From: a virus
Lineage: Duplodnaviria; Caudoviricetes
IMG/VR virus record: IMGVR_UViG_3300011335_000075
Coordinates: 1-31,831 of that record
Length of the DNA: 31,831 bases
Direction: 5' to 3' (one strand)
Shown: piece by piece, positions 26,263 to 31,831 of the stretch
Layout of the letters: each line of letters begins with the position of its first letter
Position numbering within the stretch: position 1 is the first letter of the stretch
Position numbers and translations under genes: made by a program
The notes under the pieces: generated by a model
Database searches by the model: none
The model's input: only the letters and a program-made list of their open reading frames with translations
What the model was told of the DNA's origin: nothing

Positions 26263-26647
26263 CTACAACCTCAATGACGCGCATTTCAGCTTCTTGCAGC
26301 GCTTGCGTGATGGATATGCGCTGGTCGATGTCCACCGTGATGGACTGCTTGGCGACCCAGCCGTGCTGATGTTTGAGTATTTCAAGCGCCGCTTTGGCAT
26401 CGCCCTCGCGGGCGGCTTTGTGCAGGATGTCGGCCATCTCTCGTTCGCCGTCGGCTTTGCCCTTGATCGCGGCCATCTCGGCCAGTGGGTCAAATTGGCA
26501 CAGGTGCCGGTACTCTTCAGGCCGCATCCCCGACGCCAGGGCCAGCGTGTCGCCTTTGAGCCCCAGTTTGGCAGCGTCGTATATCGCCTGCAAGCGCGAT
26601 TCAGTCGCTTGGACGTGTCGGACAGTGAGCGGCAGTGACTTGAACAT
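26237..26647 (-). CDS. terS: Terminase small subunit
   Basis: Directly upstream of and overlapping terL; AAGGAG RBS; helical N-terminus, GDAKAALEILKHQHGW. Confidence 0.75.
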   Translation of the reverse strand: MFKSLPLTVRHVQATESRLQAIYDAAKLGLKGDTLALASGMRPEEYRHLCQFDPLAEMAAIKGKADGEREMADILHKAAREGDAKAALEILKHQHGWVAKQSITVDIDQRISITQALQEAEMRVIEVVDAVNQIQR

Positions 26648-26660
26648 TTGTTCTCCTTTA

Positions 26661-26748
26661 CCAACACGGCTGGGGAATGAAATAGCTATTTGTAAGCACG
26701 TTTCGAACCGTTGCTATACCGCTCCCGGCCAATCCCCATGCGTGTTGG
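26661..26748 (-). promoter_or_regulatory. Long structured leader upstream of terS RBS
   Basis: CCAACACG/CGTGTTGG (8 bp) plus TGGGGA/TCCCCA arms closing an inner region. Confidence 0.55.
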
Positions 26749-26860
26749 CATGTGACGTGGATTTTACATTAAAAAAAAATTTTGTTTGTGGCCCCTCCGT
26801 TTACGTTGGCCCAATCGCTCGGCCCTACCCCTCCCCCCTCGGCTGAAATCTTACGCAAAA

Positions 26861-26913
26861 TGGCAAGAATGTAGTAGTCAGAATGGCAAGTATATAGTTA
26901 GCAGATTGGCAAG
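26861..26913. repeat. 23-bp-period direct repeat (TGGCAAG x3)
   Basis: TGGCAAG at 26861, 26884 and 26907; first two units match at 17 of 23 positions. Confidence 0.75.
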
Positions 26914-26930
26914 CGGTTGGCCATGGGGAT

Positions 26931-27230
26931 GTAGGTCATGTTGGCATGGCCTACGCGGTCGCATGGCCTGCGCTGCTGGCTACCTGGCCGCGCGCCAGTG
27001 CGCGCACCATGTGGGTCATGTGGGCCATGCCAATCGGATTAGAGTGCCTGCGTTAACCATGCGGCCATGCGCAGTGCGCAAAATGCAGCGATTGTGTGCG
27101 GTGGGTCATGTAGGTCATGTAGGTCATTTTTTTTGACAATTTCAGTCGCTCTACCCCATATTGCATATTTCACATTATGAAATGTAAGGTTTAGATAAGT
27201 TAAGATCAAATTAATGACAATATGACCTAC
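26931..27230. repeat. Clustered 9-bp GTRGGYCAT repeats, direct and inverted
   Basis: Direct copies at 26931, 27011, 27020, 27101, 27110, 27119; inverted at 26946 and 27222. Confidence 0.85.
27133..27162 (+). promoter_or_regulatory. Possible sigma70 promoter for the plus-strand cluster
   Basis: TTGACA at 27133, 18-bp spacer, CATATT (4/6 to TATAAT); preceded by a T tract. Confidence 0.3.
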
Positions 27231-27401
27231 ATTTAACCGGCCCCATTGGAGAGCCGCATAAAATCAGCGATGCCTACAATTTGCCGCGATAGGTGCCCAC
27301 AATTTAGCGCCATTGTCTCCAATGTGACAGACAGACAATAATTGCGTGCAATAGAATCCTTTACATGGCAGCATCGCCATACAGTAAATTAAAGGCAAAC
27401 C

Positions 27402-27659
27402 ATGAAACAGTACTCTTTTGAAATCACAAACAAACAACGCGACCGCGTAGAACATGCGCGCGCTACAGCAGCAAATGCCGACATTGCGCGCGCGCAAATA
27501 GTGCTGGCGTACGGCCAGCAATTCGACATCGCGGCACTGTATTCAGACATTGGCGCACCGCACCGCGTGCTAGGTGAAATCGATTGTTCTAGTTTTCCGA
27601 TGTCCGATCTGCCCTGGCTCATGCGCGAAGCAGCCGCGATCGAAGGCGGTGCAGCATGA
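27402..27659 (+). CDS. Hypothetical (probably early) protein, 85 aa
   Basis: AAAGG RBS; first ORF after control region; ATGA coupling. Confidence 0.7.
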   Translation: MKQYSFEITNKQRDRVEHARATAANADIARAQIVLAYGQQFDIAALYSDIGAPHRVLGEIDCSSFPMSDLPWLMREAAAIEGGAA

Positions 27660-28315
27660 AAGTACACCTAACCCTTAAATCGGCCAATGTTAAGACGGGC
27701 CCGATTCCAGTATCCACCACCGAAAAGGATAGCTGCCCCACCGATTGCGCCATGCGCAGCGAATGCTACGCGGCCAGCGGGCCGCTCGCGCTGCACTGGG
27801 CGGCCGTCTCCAACGGCACGCGCGGCACCACCTGGGGCCAATTCACCCAGGCCATCGCAGCGCTGCCCGACGGCCAATTGTGGCGGCACAATCAAGCCGG
27901 GGATCTGCCCCAGGTGGGCGGCACAATCGATGCCGTCAAACTGGGCCAATTGGTCGCGGCCAATCAAGGAAAACGCGGGTTTACCTATTCACACCACCGC
28001 GACGCTGCGAGCCTGGCCTGGATCCGGCACGCGAATCAGTGGGGTTTCACTGTCAATTTGAGCGCTAATGACTTGGCTGATGCTGACGCGCTGGCCGATA
28101 CCGAATGCGGGCCGGTGGTGGTGGTGGTGCCCAGCACACAAACCCGCAACACCACCACCCCAAGCGGCCGCCCGGTGGTGATCTGCCCAGCAACCCAGCG
28201 CGATGATGTCTCATGCGCCACCTGCCAATTGTGCCAGCGCCAGCGCGCGGCCATTGTGGCATTCCCTGCCCACGGCACGCGCCATCGGGTGATCAATCTG
28301 CGCCTAGCAGCGTAG
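27656..28315 (+). CDS. Cys-rich putative metal/Fe-S protein, 219 aa
   Basis: NVKTGPIP, CPTDCAMRSECYA, WRHNQAGD, GFTYSHH, CPA...CATCQLC, FPAHG. Confidence 0.75.
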   Translation: MKVHLTLKSANVKTGPIPVSTTEKDSCPTDCAMRSECYAASGPLALHWAAVSNGTRGTTWGQFTQAIAALPDGQLWRHNQAGDLPQVGGTIDAVKLGQLVAANQGKRGFTYSHHRDAASLAWIRHANQWGFTVNLSANDLADADALADTECGPVVVVVPSTQTRNTTTPSGRPVVICPATQRDDVSCATCQLCQRQRAAIVAFPAHGTRHRVINLRLAA

Positions 28316-28360
28316 GGTTATCTTTAAACGGCCGTCGCTGGCCGTTTGCGGGCTAATCCT
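28314..28360 (+). promoter_or_regulatory. Long interrupted stem-loop, RNase III-site-like
   Basis: AGGGTTA...AAACGGCC-GTCGCT-GGCCGTTT...TAATCCT; no U tract. Confidence 0.5.
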
Positions 28361-28386
28361 GGCCGGACACTAAACAAAAGTAAATT

Positions 28387-28521
28387 ATGAAAATTGGACA
28401 ATATATTCATATAAGCCTATATGGCCGCATGGAACGCGTGCTAGTGCTCGCGATTCGGCGCGCGGGTACCATTGACGTGCAGCGAAGCGATGGCGCGTGC
28501 TACCGCGTGAGCGGACTATGA
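28387..28521 (+). CDS. Small beta-rich protein, 44 aa (not in ORF track)
   Basis: MKIGQYIHISLYGRMERVLVLAIRRAGTIDVQRSDGACYRVSGL*; A-rich leader; ATGA coupling to next ORF. Confidence 0.6.
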   Translation: MKIGQYIHISLYGRMERVLVLAIRRAGTIDVQRSDGACYRVSGL

Positions 28522-28685
28522 TGCATCCCCTCTTCGAGGCCATACTACGGCCATATACGCCACCACCGGCGCCCGAAGCGATCGACGCGGCCATGCTGGC
28601 CGATAAGCTCGCCGACGGCTACAACCTACGCAAAATCGACAACGCTATAAACCTGGAGCTAAAGTATGCAAACCCTGAAAATTGA
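28518..28685 (+). CDS. Hypothetical protein (probable start ATG 28518 or 28521)
   Basis: MMHPLFEAILRPY...; overlaps both neighbours. Confidence 0.55.
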   Translation: MMHPLFEAILRPYTPPPAPEAIDAAMLADKLADGYNLRKIDNAINLELKYANPEN

Positions 28686-28947
28686 AACAACAACCTACAA
28701 ACTCGCGTCATTCGAGCGCGCCACGGCCGTGCAAGCGCTGGCCGCTAAGATTACCGGCAAGCATAAGCCGGTGCGGCCAAAGGCGCCTAAGCGCAATTAT
28801 CCTAAGTGGGGCGCGAGCTTGTCCACCAGCGATTATGTGCGCGATTATTACGCCATGAATGCTTTGGGTGAGACAAACCACTTCGCACCACTGTCCAAGC
28901 ATATTAGCGTGCCCGTAGGCGAAGATAGCATGGAGGTCGAAGCATGA
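28666..28947 (+). CDS. Hypothetical basic protein, 93 aa
   Basis: GGAG RBS; ATGA coupling downstream. Confidence 0.65.
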   Translation: MQTLKIETTTYKLASFERATAVQALAAKITGKHKPVRPKAPKRNYPKWGASLSTSDYVRDYYAMNALGETNHFAPLSKHISVPVGEDSMEVEA

Positions 28948-29051
28948 GACAGCACTACAAACCCGAACCAGTGGCGCGCCCTTGGGCTGATCTGCTGCTG
29001 GCCGTCTCAATTGGCCTAATCTTGGCCGCTATTTTATTGGAGTACTTATGA
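28944..29051 (+). CDS. 35-aa single-TM peptide (not in ORF track)
   Basis: GGAGG RBS; MRQHYKPEPVARPWADLLLAVSIGLILAAILLEYL*; ATGA overlaps both sides. Confidence 0.65.
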   Translation: MRQHYKPEPVARPWADLLLAVSIGLILAAILLEYL

Positions 29052-29182
29052 ACGACGAAAATTTTGAAGAAGCGTATTACATCGCGAGGATAAACCACTT
29101 GGAGGATGTATTGCGCGCGCTGCTAGACGACGACAATGAAGCGACGCGCGCCGCCGCCCTGCGCGCGCTCGAATGTTCATAA
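29048..29182 (+). CDS. 44-aa acidic peptide (not in ORF track)
   Basis: GGAG RBS; MNDENFEEAYYIARINHLEDVLRALLDDDNEATRAAALRALECS*. Confidence 0.6.
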   Translation: MNDENFEEAYYIARINHLEDVLRALLDDDNEATRAAALRALECS

Positions 29183-29235
29183 TCGCAGCGGCCTTAGCCG
29201 CCGCGATCCTAGCGATCCTCTTCGATCTAGACTAG
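29173..29235 (+). CDS. Possible 20-aa hydrophobic peptide
   Basis: MFIIAAALAAAILAILFDLD*; overlaps previous stop and ends at the terminator; no clear RBS. Confidence 0.35.
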   Translation: MFIIAAALAAAILAILFDLD

Positions 29236-31514
29236 GCCCCTTCGGGGGCTTTTTCTATGGCCCGGCGTAAGTCTGATTTATTAGTTTTCGCTAATTCAGG
29301 CGCGCAGAAAATATGCTTCTTGGTCTGATACTCGCGCGACGCCAAGCGGCCCATGTCCACCCATCCGGCCTCTTTGAGCGCGTGCATAAGCGCCGGGGGA
29401 ACGATCTTAATGCCTGCGGGGGCGTATAGCTGCAACTCATCGCAGATCGCGTAGAAGGGGGCGCCTACGACGCCGGACGCAAATGCACGCTGGCGAGCCT
29501 TGATCAGGTTGACCAGGAAAGATTCCGCGCCGCTCATGCCATGCTCGACCATGATGGCCTTGGCCTCGGTCATTGGCGGGGCTGCGTTTGGATTCCACGC
29601 GCTCACGTCCCGCGTGTGCAAATAAGCCGCCACTGCTGCAAAGCCGCCGCGATGCTCGTACCAATTCCAAAGGCTAACGGCCTCTGCTTCGGGCAACTTA
29701 CCGGCCTCTGACCATAGGACAAACCACCGACGATCCTCGCTGGGCAACGATATCGCCACGCGCTCATTGGAGAATGCCACCACAAACACGCGATTCAGGG
29801 CATAGTAAGGGTGCAAGCCCTTGCGGTTGACCATCAGCAATTCAGGCGGCGCTGCAATGATGGGCTTGAGGGTGTTCTCAAGGGCGCGCCGGTCTTTGGC
29901 CTCTGCTTGGCGCAACTCGGCTATCTCCATCACTTCGCACTCGAGCGCATAACCCCACTGCGAATTCAAATCCTCATTCTTGACCAGGGAACAATTGGCC
30001 TTGGCCTTGCCGCCTATGGCCCAAAAGAACGGGGCGAACAGGGTATCTTTCCCTGATCCATGATTGCCGCCTAGCAGGATTGCATGGTTAATCTTGTGGC
30101 TGGGGAATTGCACTTTGTGCGCCAGAGCGTTTAAAAGATGCTCGCGCTCGAATTCGATAGGCACCATGCGCTCGACATGGCGCAGCCACGCGGACACGTC
30201 ACCGGCCACCGGCTCGGGGCGGGCGTCGCGCCAGCGGTTGCCGTACACCAAACCCTCACGCGCCACTAGCACCGACTCGCCTGCGGCGTAGGTGATACCG
30301 ACCAAGGCGCGGGCGCCTTTGTCTTGGCGGTACTCGTCAAAGGAATTGGACGCCTCGATCTTGGGGTGCTTGCCGTGGCGGGACTTGCAGTTGATATGCC
30401 GAAACAGGGCGTTGAAGGTCTTACGCATCACCTCGCGCCGGTCTTGCATATCAAAATAGGCGTCGTCGTTTTGTATATACGCAAAGCGCTCGAACCAGCC
30501 GGACATCTCCACGCGGCCCAGTTCGCGGTGCTCCACCTCGGCGATGACTGTCGCCGCGTCGTCGGGGTACTCGACTGTCGGGGTTAGCTTGGCAAGGGTA
30601 TTTTCCATCACTGCGGCCAGCAACTCGTCACGCAGGCCATGCGAGCGCTTAGGCCCGCCCTGCTCTTCTACCCACGCAAGGTAGGCAACGCTGTCCCACT
30701 CGGAGCAATGCTCATGCAGGCAGCAATACGCCCGGTTTACGGGGTGATACCGCCCCATCGGGTTGCCGTCGCTATGCTCGGCGCTGTTCGGGCAAACGAT
30801 GCCCCACCAGCCGCTGCTGTTGCCCTTCTCCAGCAGATCGCCACGCGCTGCCGTCCACGCCAGCACATCGTCGCCGCCGTCGTCTGTGAGCCGGATCGGG
30901 CGTACTGTAGCCGTGTCTGCTGGGTTGGGCACCACGCCCAAGGCGGTGCATATCTCGGCGAGACTGAACTCACGCTCTGGGTGAAACTCGACCAAAGCGG
31001 ACGCAAAGCGCTCACGCCCAGGTTTGAGGTTAATCGAGCCAGGCAGTCTGAAGTTACGCACGGGGTTGATCGCGCCGCCGTCGGTGTAGCCTGCTTCTGC
31101 GATCGCTACGATCGCCGCGCTGAATTCGCCCTTCATGGGCTGGTCGTCCAGCGCGAAGGTGTAGCCATACTGGTAATTGTTGGGTGATGTCTCCATGATC
31201 CAAGTCGGGTCGATGGGCGGCACCTTGGCCTTGGTGCCTACGTCATCCAGCACTAGGAACGCCACCCGCTCACAGGCGTCGGCCTTAGCTGCGGGTTTGC
31301 CCTCGTCGAATCGGTCGATGATGAAGCAGCCGGTGTTGCAGTACCAAGCCTGATCGGGCTTCCACTTCTTGGGCAGGAACGCAGGCCACGCGCACTTGAC
31401 TGCACCATCGGCGTGATACTGAGTCTCGCCGTCTTTGAGGATGGGCTTTTGCCGCACGAACAAAATAACCTCGCCCTCGGGCGCAATGTTTTCGAGATAA
31501 GTTAAGAAATTCAT
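29232..31514 (-). CDS. Primase-helicase: RepB-type (AEP) primase, Zn-binding region, C-terminal P-loop helicase
   Basis: VLDDVGTK, ETSPNNYQYGY, RNFRLPGSIN; CPNSAEH...CCLHEHC; Walker A GNHGSGKDT, FSNE, EDRRWFV. Confidence 0.88.
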   Translation of the reverse strand: MNFLTYLENIAPEGEVILFVRQKPILKDGETQYHADGAVKCAWPAFLPKKWKPDQAWYCNTGCFIIDRFDEGKPAAKADACERVAFLVLDDVGTKAKVPPIDPTWIMETSPNNYQYGYTFALDDQPMKGEFSAAIVAIAEAGYTDGGAINPVRNFRLPGSINLKPGRERFASALVEFHPEREFSLAEICTALGVVPNPADTATVRPIRLTDDGGDDVLAWTAARGDLLEKGNSSGWWGIVCPNSAEHSDGNPMGRYHPVNRAYCCLHEHCSEWDSVAYLAWVEEQGGPKRSHGLRDELLAAVMENTLAKLTPTVEYPDDAATVIAEVEHRELGRVEMSGWFERFAYIQNDDAYFDMQDRREVMRKTFNALFRHINCKSRHGKHPKIEASNSFDEYRQDKGARALVGITYAAGESVLVAREGLVYGNRWRDARPEPVAGDVSAWLRHVERMVPIEFEREHLLNALAHKVQFPSHKINHAILLGGNHGSGKDTLFAPFFWAIGGKAKANCSLVKNEDLNSQWGYALECEVMEIAELRQAEAKDRRALENTLKPIIAAPPELLMVNRKGLHPYYALNRVFVVAFSNERVAISLPSEDRRWFVLWSEAGKLPEAEAVSLWNWYEHRGGFAAVAAYLHTRDVSAWNPNAAPPMTEAKAIMVEHGMSGAESFLVNLIKARQRAFASGVVGAPFYAICDELQLYAPAGIKIVPPALMHALKEAGWVDMGRLASREYQTKKHIFCAPELAKTNKSDLRRAIEKAPEGA
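29234..29254 (+). terminator. Rho-independent terminator of plus-strand cluster
   Basis: AGGCCCC-TTCG-GGGGCTT followed by further T; C(UUCG)G loop. Confidence 0.85.
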
Positions 31515-31831
31515 TTTCCGTATCGCTCCATAATTGAGACTTCAGCGTCTAGGGGTAAACCCTTAGCCCAGTCGGGCGGGGTACACATGACCAAGCGCAG
31601 CGCCTCGGGGTCGGGCGTTGCGGTTTCGATCACAATTTCATCGTGGACGTGCAGTACCACGTCATCAAGCTGGCGCAGCGAATGGCGCAGCAAGTCATTA
31701 GCCACGGCCTGGGTGATGTTCTCGCAGGCCAGCCCCTTCCACAGGCGCGCGCGCGGCCACTCCTTGGCATCAGCGGCGGGTTTCCATGAGGCTTTGGCGT
31801 AAGTCACACCTTCGGATTCCAATCGGGCGTA
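31511..31831 (-). CDS. C-terminal end of family A DNA polymerase (5' truncated by window)
   Basis: Open to window edge; ENITQAVANDLL and motif C VLHVHDEIV, PDWAKGLPL; ATGA overlap with primase. Confidence 0.88.
   Translation of the reverse strand, partial: YARLESEGVTYAKASWKPAADAKEWPRARLWKGLACENITQAVANDLLRHSLRQLDDVVLHVHDEIVIETATPDPEALRLVMCTPPDWAKGLPLDAEVSIMERYGK

Noticed and set aside
26690-26730. Possible tRNA from GGTTCGAA on the minus strand
   Set aside because: No acceptor stem, D arm or anticodon arm can be built; kept only as a T-loop-like feature of the leader.
26786-27136. 116-aa plus-strand ORF with HVGH repeats
   Set aside because: The peptide repeat is a by-product of the 9-bp DNA repeats; weak start and no RBS.
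26931-27230. Possible CRISPR array
   Set aside because: Repeats are only 9 bp, often abutting, with irregular spacing and no cas genes.
27687-28068. Overlapping plus-strand ORFs inside the Cys-rich gene
   Set aside because: Arg/Pro/Ala-rich off-frame translations typical of GC-rich coding DNA.

Overview
Most of a tailed dsDNA phage genome with P22-like podovirus architecture; it resembles freshwater phages of Betaproteobacteria, but the host is an inference. The minus strand carries one long late operon from 26647 down to 1935: terS, terL, portal, a Dps/ferritin-like gene, a large fibre/tailspike block, scaffold, P22-type coat, two probable decoration proteins, gp4-like adaptor, gp10-like tail hub, a fibre in the tail-needle slot, a cupin, three ejection proteins and a lysis cassette ending in a GH108 endolysin. 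On the plus strand, the end of a SNF2-type helicase and a chain of small overlapping ORFs (3-1932) converge on the endolysin. A ~750 bp control region (26648-27401) rich in repeats and hairpins separates terS from a divergent plus-strand cluster of small, probably early genes (27402-29235), which converges on a RepB-type primase-helicase and the end of a family A DNA polymerase. No integrase, tRNA, CRISPR array or reverse transcriptase is seen. The most notable items are the repeat and RNA-structure architecture of the control region, short peptide motifs that may form a modular fibre-docking system, and several unannotated micro-ORFs. All functional calls come from motif recognition and synteny, not database searches.
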